Below, in pieces: positions 40,989 through 49,700 of a stretch of 64,000 nucleotides of DNA (its first letter is position 1; each line of letters begins with the position of its first letter). The stretch lies in NCBI GenBank assembly GCA_031431125.1, contig JANPCX010000040.1:46994-110993 (forward strand), written 5' to 3'. The stretch comes from Burkholderiales bacterium (GTDB lineage: Bacteria > Pseudomonadota > Gammaproteobacteria > Burkholderiales > Burkholderiaceae_C). Position numbers and translations under genes: made by a program. The notes below the pieces were generated by a model that made no database searches, was not told the origin of the DNA, and worked only from the letters and a program-made list of their open reading frames with translations.

Positions 40989-41897
40989 ATGAACGATATC
41001 TCTTTCATTGGTGCGGGGCGGGTGGCGCGGGCTTTGTCGCAGGCGCTCACGAACGCAGGCTGGTCGGTGAAGGCGATAGCCAGCCGAAACACGGACTCGG
41101 CCCAGGCCTTGGCCTGTCTTTTGCCTGGCTGTCAGGCGGTCACGGTGGCTGAGGCCAGCCAGCATGCTTTCGTATTCTTAACGGTCACGGACGATGCCAT
41201 TTCGAAAGTGTGTTCTGAACTTGCCTGGCACGCAGGTCAGTCCGTTGTTCATTGCAGCGGGGCCACCGAGCTGCTCGCGCTGTCGGCTGCCGCCGCGCAA
41301 GGGGCGCAGGTGGGAGGATTCCATCCCTTGCAGATTTTTTCAGACCCACAGTCTGCGCTGCGCAATCTACCCGGCAGCAGCGTGGCGATTGAGGCGGGTC
41401 CTGCCTTGTCTACGACGCTGCACGGGATGGCCCATGGGTTGGGCATGCATCCCTTTGTACTGCCCGCGGGAGCCAGAGCGCTCTATCACGCCAGCGCCGG
41501 TTATGCCGCCAGCCTGCTATTGCCTTTGCTACACGAAGCGGTGCAGCTATGGCGTGAGTTTGGTGTTGATGAGGCGCAAGCGCTGCAAGCGCTTCTCCCT
41601 TTGGCGAGGGGCACCTTGGCCTCGGTGGACCAGCGCGGCCTCGCAGGAGCGTTGTCAGGTCCGCTTTCTCGCGGCGATGTGGGCGTGCTACAGACACACT
41701 GTGACGCCCTGGACACCCTCGGTGGCGAGCATTTGGCGTTTTACAAGGCGCTCACGCTTCGGCAATGGCCTTTGCTGCAAGCCTCAAACCGCGCTTCGGA
41801 GGATTCCAAACAGGGATTGGAAGCGTTACTCGGCAAGTTGCCGGCGTCGCTGGCTGCCGAAATCGGACTGTCGAATGAAAACCGAAGGAAACCCTGA
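40989..41897 (+). CDS. Rossmann-fold / DUF2520-like putative oxidoreductase
   Basis: 302 aa with N-terminal ISFIGAGRVARAL (GxGxxA) and a C-terminal half with YHASAGYAAS...SGPLSRGD, resembling DUF2520 proteins. Confidence 0.68.
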   Translation: MNDISFIGAGRVARALSQALTNAGWSVKAIASRNTDSAQALACLLPGCQAVTVAEASQHAFVFLTVTDDAISKVCSELAWHAGQSVVHCSGATELLALSAAAAQGAQVGGFHPLQIFSDPQSALRNLPGSSVAIEAGPALSTTLHGMAHGLGMHPFVLPAGARALYHASAGYAASLLLPLLHEAVQLWREFGVDEAQALQALLPLARGTLASVDQRGLAGALSGPLSRGDVGVLQTHCDALDTLGGEHLAFYKALTLRQWPLLQASNRASEDSKQGLEALLGKLPASLAAEIGLSNENRRKP

Positions 41898-41939
41898 TCG
41901 GCTTGAACTAGCCGGGAGGCCTTAAGCGCAACTCAACAA

Positions 41940-42341
41940 TCAATAGATGCTGACGGTGTCGGGAGCGCCCAAATCCACATCCAAGGGCATAGGCGCTGAG
42001 TTCAGTCCGCCAAAACGTGAAGCCCGCTCTTTGCGCGCCTCGGCCAGTGCAGAACGTGCGTCGGAAACGCGGCGAGCGACGTGTTCAGATTCGGCGGCTT
42101 GTGCATCCACTTCATCAGCCGGAGCACACACGAAGCCGCCGCCCTTCCACCACACATACACCCGCACACCTGCATTCAAAGGATTTTCCGCTGAGGAAAA
42201 CCGCATTTCCACTGGCTCCATCCCATGGTTCAACACCACAGAGCCAAACGCGGTCACCTCCGTCTCATGCCGCCCCCTCGAAAGGGCCTGCAATTGCGCG
42301 GGTGTGACGGTGTTCAGCGGCAACGACAAGATTCGATTCAC
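41940..42341 (-). CDS. Hypothetical protein (133 aa), last gene on the pil strand
   Basis: The GTG at 42341 lies 6 nt after GGAGA. The composition is balanced, unlike the Ser/Arg/Ala-rich opposite-strand ORF 41947..42483. No recognisable family or signal peptide. Confidence 0.5.
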   Translation of the reverse strand: MNRILSLPLNTVTPAQLQALSRGRHETEVTAFGSVVLNHGMEPVEMRFSSAENPLNAGVRVYVWWKGGGFVCAPADEVDAQAAESEHVARRVSDARSALAEARKERASRFGGLNSAPMPLDVDLGAPDTVSIY

Positions 42342-42467
42342 AGCAGGTCTCCTAAGAAGCAGCAGGTCTGCCTGTATATCGTCTGAATCGTCCGTTGCTC
42401 AATCTGATTTACAAAAGCTTACCGATGGCATCAGCTACTTTTGTAGATCTTCGTCCGTCTTCAACGT

Positions 42468-44213
42468 TCAGTCACTCCGATAACAGGCGTTTTGAGTCAC
42501 ACCGTCGATATCGATATCTAAGCCGCTGACTCCGTAAGGCGATACGATGAATGGCGGATCCACTTCTACCTGTTTCAGCACGTCGTTCGGTACACGAACC
42601 GGATCCTCCAAATAGCTGGCCCGGCCCTCAGTACCGAGAATGCCCGACGCAGATACTGTGATCTTGGCAGCCACCCAACTGGCGAAATTCTTGGGGTATT
42701 CGATTTGCAGCACTGCTTTTCCGTCTGCTCCGGTTTTGAGGTCTAGCAATTGAATCGATACATCGGACTTGCCCGGCTCCAATCTCACATCCCTGTCAAG
42801 ATCTTCACCCACTTCCAGCACACCGTTGCGATTCAAATCCTCATTGTTGCAAGTGGCTCTTAGTTGTTGAGTCCAGAGGACAGTCACGGCTTCGCCGACT
42901 CCAGTCGTACTAAGGATATAAAAGCCCTTATAGAACCGTGGCAAATCAACAGAGGCGGCAATGTTGACATCGGCCTTTGCCAATCCCGCCGAATCTACAA
43001 CTTGAACTACGTATTTTCGTATATAGGTCAGTCTTGCGGCATTATCAATGATTCTATTGTCAGTGCCGATGGTCACGCCCAGTGCATCGTTGATCACGGT
43101 CAAAGAAACAAATGCTGCATTGGGGCAGGCGCCGTTTGCCAAGCCGGCATCGGTTGTCGCGTAACAGACACGGATCGACAAACCGTCTGTCGGGCTGGTT
43201 CGCGATCCCGGTATGTAAGCTGTCGTTGCAATGCCGTTCGAGTCGGAATAAAGAACGCTGCCGCCACTGGCGATAGTTCCCCCGATCGAGTTCCCGTCTC
43301 CGTTTATGTCGAACCTGGTTCTGACATTTTTCACTGGGGCATTTCCAGCACCCAAAAACAACGCTCGGATTTCGGTGCGGTTTGCCGTGCCGCTGGTATT
43401 CACTGGAACTACGCTCGGATTTGCCGACACCGACGCAGAAGTGATCAGACCCGAGGCAGCAGGAACGGACAAAGCCGATTGCACATTGACAATCTGTTCG
43501 CTGCTGGCGCCAGCGATGGTCGCGGAGATGGTGTAGGCACCTGAATTCGAAGACCCGGTGTACCGGTAGACGTATTCTCCATTCACGTCGGTGACACCAT
43601 TGACGGATGCGGGATTCAGCCCTGCAGCATTGACTTGCACGGGTTGTCCTGGCATTGCGTTGCTTGTTTGGTCCACCACTCTGTACCGCACAGTTCCTGC
43701 AGCGCCCGGCTCCAGTACCGGCGGAGAAACAGTGCTGGTGATGGTTGCGCCGACCACTTGCAGGGAAGTCGTTTTCGTGATGCTCCCACTCGTGACCACG
43801 ATATTGACCAATCGATTGGCCCGGTTGGTGCCAACTGAGATATCAGCGGTGACCTTGCCTTGCGCGTCCGTGTTCGAGGTCAACTGCGTGACCACTGCGT
43901 CGCTACCCTGATCGACTGAAATTTTCACAGGGACTTCTGGCACTGCACGTTTGCCGCTGTCAAGTGCGGTGACGGTAAGTGTTACCTTTGATGAAGGGGT
44001 ATTGCCCAGCTGGGCGGCGCTTGGCACGATGCTGAGGTCGGCAGCGGCTACGGTCCCGGTGTTTGGATTGAATGGTGAGTTTCCCGTGCTTCCACCACCG
44101 CCACCACAGGCGGTCAACAGAATTGCGCATGCCGAAGCGCTTGCGACGAGCCAGTTAATAGATTTCATGTTCGGTATCCGTTGCATCACAGTCTGGGTAG
44201 GTCTATTCAGCAT
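42468..44213 (-). CDS. Ig-like (Big-type) repeat lipoprotein with EF-hand loop, directly downstream of pilQ
   Basis: ORF 42468..44216. Start candidates are TTG 44216 and ATG 44213 (2-5 nt after the pilQ TAA) or ATG 44168 (MKSINWLV...). It has a lipobox LLTAC followed by GGGGGS, three Ig-like-looking repeats and a C-terminal domain containing DLNRNGVLEVGE. Confidence 0.7.
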   Translation of the reverse strand: MLNRPTQTVMQRIPNMKSINWLVASASACAILLTACGGGGGSTGNSPFNPNTGTVAAADLSIVPSAAQLGNTPSSKVTLTVTALDSGKRAVPEVPVKISVDQGSDAVVTQLTSNTDAQGKVTADISVGTNRANRLVNIVVTSGSITKTTSLQVVGATITSTVSPPVLEPGAAGTVRYRVVDQTSNAMPGQPVQVNAAGLNPASVNGVTDVNGEYVYRYTGSSNSGAYTISATIAGASSEQIVNVQSALSVPAASGLITSASVSANPSVVPVNTSGTANRTEIRALFLGAGNAPVKNVRTRFDINGDGNSIGGTIASGGSVLYSDSNGIATTAYIPGSRTSPTDGLSIRVCYATTDAGLANGACPNAAFVSLTVINDALGVTIGTDNRIIDNAARLTYIRKYVVQVVDSAGLAKADVNIAASVDLPRFYKGFYILSTTGVGEAVTVLWTQQLRATCNNEDLNRNGVLEVGEDLDRDVRLEPGKSDVSIQLLDLKTGADGKAVLQIEYPKNFASWVAAKITVSASGILGTEGRASYLEDPVRVPNDVLKQVEVDPPFIVSPYGVSGLDIDIDGVTQNACYRSD

Positions 44214-44218
44214 CAATC

Positions 44219-46414
44219 TTATCTCGATGACTCACGTTCGCTGATGATTTTCGGCGTGAGGAAAATCAACAGCTCGGTGCGATCGCGCACTCTGTCCTTG
44301 GACTTGAACAGGTTACCCACGTAAGGCAAGTCGCCTAAAAATGGGACCTTGGTGGTGCTCTCGCGGTCGTTTTGTTCATAGATACCGCCGATCACGACCG
44401 TACCACCGTTTTCAACCAAGACCTGTGTTTTGATCGCTTTTGTGTTCACTGCGCCCCCCAACGAGGTAGCGGCTGCCGCAATGCTGTCCTTGGTAACTTC
44501 AACATCGAGAATCACATTCCCTTCAGGCGTTATCTGCGGGGTTACCTCGAGTTTCAATACGGCTTCAATGAAGGTGGCCGCCGTTGCACCACTTGAAGTG
44601 GCTGTTTGGAACGGCACCTTTTGACCTTGCTTGATAAAAGCTTTGACCTGGTCGGCGGTAATGATGCGAGGGCTTGAAACTACTTTGCCCCGTCCATCTG
44701 CCTCCAAAGCCGAAATCTCCAGATTCAAGAACCGGTTGGAACTCGCTCCAAACAACGACAAAGCGAAAGTGGCCACCGAACTGCTTGCTGAAGCGCTGCC
44801 GGGTCGGTTAGCGGGCAAACTAACGAACTGAGTGTCATTGAACGGCACGGTCGTTGCCGTGGTTTGCACCGTTTGTGCACCGATGGCATTCATGTTGCCA
44901 CCCACTGTGATCCTGTTGTCACCACCCACACTGTATCCGGGCACACCTCCGCGAATTCCGCGGAGATCCGAGGTGCCCAACCGAACCCCGAGAGAACGCC
45001 CGAAGGTGTCTTCAGCCTCAATCACACGGGCCTCGATCAGAACCTGTCGAACTGGGATATCGATCTTGGCTATAAGGCTCTGGATTTCCTCAAGCTTGGA
45101 CGGTATGTCAGTCACGAAAAGCTGATTGGTGCGGGTTTCGAACACCACGCTGCCTCGCGGTGAAACGATTTTCGAGGTTGTGTCGCCCCCGTTACTCTGC
45201 CCCGTCAATCCTTTGGCCACCGCTTCCGCTTTGGCGTAGTTCAACTGGAAAGCTTGCGTTCGCACTGGCTCCAGTTGGGTTATCTGCGCCTTGGACTCCA
45301 AGTCAGCTTTTTCTTTCGCTGCCAACTCGTCCTTCGGAGCAATCAAGATCACATTTCCGGACTTGCGCAAACCCAGCGACTTGGATTGGAGGATGATTTC
45401 CAGCGCTTGATCCCAGGGTACATCTTTCAGACGCAAAGTCACGTTGCCTGTGACCGTATCGCTAGTCACCACGTTGAAGTTGGTGAAGTCGGCGATCACC
45501 TGCAGCAGCGCCCTGACCTCGATGTTCTGGAAATTCAAAGACAGCTTTTCGCCAGTGAAACCCGGGCCTTGGACCAGTTTGTTCGGGTCCACAACCTGGT
45601 TGCGAACTTCGAGCACAAACTGATTGTCTGTTTGATAAGCACTGTGCTCCCAATTTCCGCGCGACTCAATGACCATCCGGACACGGTCGGCGCTTTGGGT
45701 GGTAGAGATCGCTTGCACCGGCGTACCAAAGTCCGTCACGTCCAAACGGCGACGTAGGCTGTCAGGCAAACTTGACCGCAAAAACTCGACCACAAGTCCT
45801 TGGCCCTGTTGACGAATGTCTACGCCGACTTGGTTGTTGGGCAAGTCAACGACAACCCGGCCTGATCCGTCGGGTCCGCGCCGGAAATCGATGCCTTGCA
45901 ACGGCAGCTGTGTCCGGTTGAGGTTTTCAGCGAATCGAACCGTCTCAGGTTGCGCAGGCGTTACTGGCCCTGCAACCCCTGATCCAGTGGCTTCCACTAT
46001 CAGCATCAGCACCTTGCCTTGCAATTCAGCGCGGTAATTCGCCGCTTGTTTGAGATTGAGAACCAAACGTGTCCTATCACCAGACTGAGCGATGTTGATT
46101 GACCGCACATTGCCTTGATTGACGTCCACCATGGGTTTCCCAACCCCGTTCGAGACACCCGGCAAATCAATCGCGATACGTGGTGGCGATTGAATGGCAA
46201 AACCTTTTGGAAGTTCGGTCAAGGCCTGCGTCAGCTCAACACGAATCACATCAGCACCAGCCTGCTGGCTGCTGTTGATAGATTGAACAGCGTTTTGCGC
46301 CCATGCTGAGAAGGATGCGCCGAGGAGTGTCGCCAGAGCGACCAAGCCAAAACGCAAACTGCTCCACCCACTAGCCCGCTGAGTTGCAATCATGTCATTT
46401 CCCATGTTCTTCAT
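44219..46414 (-). CDS. pilQ: Type IV pilus secretin PilQ
   Basis: ORF 44219..46459. The ATG at 46414 overlaps the pilP stop (ATGA). It has an N-terminal AMIN-like region and a secretin C-terminus (VPFLGDLPYVGNLFK...ELLIFLTPKI). Confidence 0.93.
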   Translation of the reverse strand: MKNMGNDMIATQRASGWSSLRFGLVALATLLGASFSAWAQNAVQSINSSQQAGADVIRVELTQALTELPKGFAIQSPPRIAIDLPGVSNGVGKPMVDVNQGNVRSINIAQSGDRTRLVLNLKQAANYRAELQGKVLMLIVEATGSGVAGPVTPAQPETVRFAENLNRTQLPLQGIDFRRGPDGSGRVVVDLPNNQVGVDIRQQGQGLVVEFLRSSLPDSLRRRLDVTDFGTPVQAISTTQSADRVRMVIESRGNWEHSAYQTDNQFVLEVRNQVVDPNKLVQGPGFTGEKLSLNFQNIEVRALLQVIADFTNFNVVTSDTVTGNVTLRLKDVPWDQALEIILQSKSLGLRKSGNVILIAPKDELAAKEKADLESKAQITQLEPVRTQAFQLNYAKAEAVAKGLTGQSNGGDTTSKIVSPRGSVVFETRTNQLFVTDIPSKLEEIQSLIAKIDIPVRQVLIEARVIEAEDTFGRSLGVRLGTSDLRGIRGGVPGYSVGGDNRITVGGNMNAIGAQTVQTTATTVPFNDTQFVSLPANRPGSASASSSVATFALSLFGASSNRFLNLEISALEADGRGKVVSSPRIITADQVKAFIKQGQKVPFQTATSSGATAATFIEAVLKLEVTPQITPEGNVILDVEVTKDSIAAAATSLGGAVNTKAIKTQVLVENGGTVVIGGIYEQNDRESTTKVPFLGDLPYVGNLFKSKDRVRDRTELLIFLTPKIISERESSR

Positions 46415-46962
46415 TTCGCCTTCTCCTGGAGCTCCAGCGTGGTATTTCTCTCGATCCATTCGCCCGCAGCGTCCTGAACGATTTCTCTCAGAGCTATGTC
46501 CGTCTCGGTAATCTTGGTGATCTTTCCGTAGTTCTGCCCTAGATAGTCACCCAATTTGACCTGGTAAAGCAGTTTGTCCACCCGCAGCAAAGCGGTAGGT
46601 CTTGCTTGTTTGGTGACGCTTCCAACCATTTCCATGCTGTCCAGCGGATAGGCTTCCAGCGGTTCCTTGCGTCGATTGATTTCCGAGGCCAGCAGTGAAT
46701 TGGGTTGCCTCGTCTCCTGCTTCAAAGCGACGGTCAGCTTCTGGGTGCTGAAGGGCTCTACGGAGTCGAATGCCGCATAAGGTTCAGGGATGAACTTTTT
46801 GGGAGGCAACAGCGGCGTGACATTGGGTTTGACTTCACGCCTTTGAAGCTCCATCCACTCTTGAAGCTCTTCTTGACCACCACTGCATCCAGCCATATTC
46901 ATGACGATGAACGCTGTCGCAGCGAACGCGAAAAAGGTTGATGCGCGTTGTTGGAGACTCAT
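46411..46962 (-). CDS. pilP: Type IV pilus assembly lipoprotein PilP
   Basis: 183 aa with a lipobox (MNMAGCSG) and a PilP-like C-terminus (LGDYLGQNYGKITKITETDIALREIV). Confidence 0.85.
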   Translation of the reverse strand: MSLQQRASTFFAFAATAFIVMNMAGCSGGQEELQEWMELQRREVKPNVTPLLPPKKFIPEPYAAFDSVEPFSTQKLTVALKQETRQPNSLLASEINRRKEPLEAYPLDSMEMVGSVTKQARPTALLRVDKLLYQVKLGDYLGQNYGKITKITETDIALREIVQDAAGEWIERNTTLELQEKAK

Positions 46963-47648
46963 TTATTGCCTCCCGCCTTGGCTTTTGCTGCGGCATCCTT
47001 GACCTGCTGAACTTCGGTCTGATCAAGATACCGGTATGTTCTTGCGGTGGCCTCCATGGTCAGCGCCGAACCTGACTCTTTGGTGGCCGCGTTGATTTGC
47101 ATGTTGTGCAGGGTCACGATTCTCGACAAGTTGGCGATATCAGCCGCAAACGCACCAATGTCGTGGTAGCGCCCAGATACCTTGACCCCAATCGGCTGTT
47201 CTGCGTAGTAGTCCTTGACCACCACTTGACCGGGCCTGAAAAACTCGAATTGCAAGCCGCGCCCCAAACCGGCCTGGTTGATGTCAGACAACAGGGCATC
47301 CATTTCCGCCTTGCCCGGGAGTTGCTTCTCAAGCTGTGTAACGTACTCTTCAACTTGAAGCTTTTGCTTTCGAAGCTCACTGAGATTGGCCGCCTGCGCA
47401 AGCTTGCCTCGATAGTCCTGTTTCAAATTCGGCTCTTTGGCACGCTCCGCGTCAAGTGCATCGTGCGTATCCGACAGAATGAACACCCACCCCAAAACGA
47501 CCAACATGACTGCCAAGGCCAACCACATGGCCAGTTTGGGCATGATGGGCCATTGACCCGGCTCCTTTGGATTGAGTCCACGGAACTGTGAGGCCGCGCC
47601 CTCAAAAACCGAGTTGAGGTCCATGTTGAATGATCGACTGTTCGCCAT
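46959..47648 (-). CDS. pilO: Type IV pilus assembly protein PilO
   Basis: 229 aa with one TM, a coiled coil, and the PilO core (VSGRYHDIGAFAADIANLSRIVTL). Confidence 0.88.
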   Translation of the reverse strand: MANSRSFNMDLNSVFEGAASQFRGLNPKEPGQWPIMPKLAMWLALAVMLVVLGWVFILSDTHDALDAERAKEPNLKQDYRGKLAQAANLSELRKQKLQVEEYVTQLEKQLPGKAEMDALLSDINQAGLGRGLQFEFFRPGQVVVKDYYAEQPIGVKVSGRYHDIGAFAADIANLSRIVTLHNMQINAATKESGSALTMEATARTYRYLDQTEVQQVKDAAAKAKAGGNK

Positions 47649-47655
47649 GTAAACC

Positions 47656-48294
47656 TCAGACCTTTTTCGCTGCCACTGGCGCTGCCGACGGGGTAGGAGC
47701 GGAAGCTCCGCCTTCTGGCACGACGGCCTGATCCTGCGGCCGCTTCACGCTGACCTTCATAGAGAAATCAAACAGGCGACGTTGGTCGCGGTTGGCTGCT
47801 TGCACGGTCGCCACTTTGATCTCAATTAGCTCCGGCTTCACCAGCCACGGAGAGTTGTTGTTGGTATTTCGGAGCAATTCGGAAACACGTTCATTGGTCT
47901 GGGCGATTCCACTGACCGTGAGCACCTGGCCGTCTTGTTTGACGCTTGTAAAGTAAATGCCTTCAGGTGTTTGGCGCACCAACTCGTTCAACAAATAAAC
48001 TGGTACGTTGCGATCAATTTGCAAGTCCTCGACCGCCTTCTGGCGGGCCTTCAGGGACTCGATGTCGCTGCGCAGCGACGCGATGTCCTTGATCTGCACT
48101 TCGAGCTTTTGAATTTCAGACGTGAGGAAGGAGTTGCGTTGCTGCTGGCCAGCAATCATTTGCTGAAGAATCATGTACCAAACACCAACCACAACCAAGC
48201 CAAGAGCCGCGGCAACGACGAGACCGGCAATAAAGGCTTTCTCACGCCTTTTGCGTCGCTCCTCACGGTGCGGAAGTAGGTTAATCAGAATCAC
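47656..48294 (-). CDS. pilN: Type IV pilus assembly protein PilN
   Basis: ORF 47656..48324. The GTG at 48294 overlaps the pilM TGA (GTGA) and gives the canonical N-terminus (M)ILINLLPHREERRK. Confidence 0.85.
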   Translation of the reverse strand: MILINLLPHREERRKRREKAFIAGLVVAAALGLVVVGVWYMILQQMIAGQQQRNSFLTSEIQKLEVQIKDIASLRSDIESLKARQKAVEDLQIDRNVPVYLLNELVRQTPEGIYFTSVKQDGQVLTVSGIAQTNERVSELLRNTNNNSPWLVKPELIEIKVATVQAANRDQRRLFDFSMKVSVKRPQDQAVVPEGGASAPTPSAAPVAAKKV

Positions 48295-49370
48295 TGCAAA
48301 AACCTCCGCATGGCCAAGCCACAAGCCGTGAGGTAAGTGGATGCCTCTCGACGCAGCTTGCTTTCGCGCACCGCAGAACCGAGCTGCATATTGTCAAAAG
48401 GGTTGACCACCATGGAGGCAAAGCCGGTCAGCTCCGTCACGCGGTCCTTCAGGCCTGGCAGTGCGGCCGTACCACCAGCCAACATGACGTAGTGAACCTT
48501 GTGGTGCGGCGTACTGGTAAAGAAATACTGCAGCGCCCGGCCAATCTCCTGAGACAGGCTGTCGACAAACGGCGCAAGAATCGTCGTTTCGTAGTCCTCA
48601 GGCAAATCTGCAGCGAGCTTTTTCTGCTCCGCTTCCTCGAAAGAAAAGCCGTACTGGCGCGAGATCAACTGAGTCAATTGTGCCCCGCCAAAAGCCTGGT
48701 CACGGTCATAAAGCATTTCGTCGTCACGCAGCACTTTGAGGCTGGTGGTGTCTGCCCCGATCTCAAACAATGCGACGAGGGCGTCCTTGCCCTCGTTGGG
48801 CAAGGCCGATATGACTCGCCCCATGGCCAGACGAGAGGCATGCGACTCGATATCCAATATAGCTGGCTTGAGGCCAGCAGCCTCGGCCAGACCTTGTCGG
48901 TCCTGAACGCGGTCTTTTCTGGAAGCCGCAATCAAAACTTCCACATCTCCGACCGACGTCGGGCTCGGGCCAATCACGCAAAAGTCCAAACTCACCTCAT
49001 CCAAAGAGAATGGAATGTATTGGTTGGCTTCTGATTCCACCTGCATCTCAAGCTCTTCTTCCCGCAAACCGGCGGGAAGCATGATCTTTTTAGTGATCAC
49101 AGCCGACTGAGGCATGGCGAGCACCACCTGCTTGGTGCGGGTTCCGCTTTTTGAGACCACGCGCTTGACTGCCTCGGCCACCTCGTCGAATTTTTCGATT
49201 TGGCCGTCAGTAATCCAGCCCTTTTCAAAGGTTTCCGAGGCAAATCGCTCCAGCACATACTCGCCCGAAGCGTTTTGACTCAATTCAACGAGTTTGACGC
49301 TGGACGAACTAATGTCCAGCCCAATCATTGGCGGGTGTTTTCGGCCTAACAACGTGTCCAGCAAGCTCAC
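48291..49370 (-). CDS. pilM: Type IV pilus assembly ATPase-fold protein PilM
   Basis: ORF 48291..49385. The GTG at 49370 lies 4 nt after GGAGAAGG. The protein is actin-like (IGLDISSSSVKLVEL ... MLAGGTAALPGL). Confidence 0.9.
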   Translation of the reverse strand: MSLLDTLLGRKHPPMIGLDISSSSVKLVELSQNASGEYVLERFASETFEKGWITDGQIEKFDEVAEAVKRVVSKSGTRTKQVVLAMPQSAVITKKIMLPAGLREEELEMQVESEANQYIPFSLDEVSLDFCVIGPSPTSVGDVEVLIAASRKDRVQDRQGLAEAAGLKPAILDIESHASRLAMGRVISALPNEGKDALVALFEIGADTTSLKVLRDDEMLYDRDQAFGGAQLTQLISRQYGFSFEEAEQKKLAADLPEDYETTILAPFVDSLSQEIGRALQYFFTSTPHHKVHYVMLAGGTAALPGLKDRVTELTGFASMVVNPFDNMQLGSAVRESKLRREASTYLTACGLAMRRFLQ

Positions 49371-49700
49371 GACACCTTCTCCCAACGCGCCAACAAAGGC
49401 GCTGGCTTGTTAATAGTTCACTTGAATGCTAGCAGTAAAGTCCTTGTTCAACAAAGAGAAATCCTGTTTCGAGCGATACGGCTCGTTGCGAAACACTGAC
49501 GGAAAACGCTTTCGAACTTCGACAATTTCGGGTGAACCCTTAGGGAATACGCCAACTGTTTCAGAACTGTTACTCCTGACTAATGGGATGGCGGTAACGG
49601 ATGCGGACCCTTTCTATAATCCGTTGCGCACTGCGGTGTTTCGCACGCCCCTCCTGTATCCCCTCGCCGGGATCCCACCGACCCCAACCCTTACCCAACC

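Noticed and set aside
41947-42483. 178-codon plus-strand ORF opposite the 133-aa gene
   Set aside because: The translation is Ser/Arg/Ala/Thr-rich with no RBS, whereas the minus-strand ORF has GGAGA-N6-GTG and a balanced composition.
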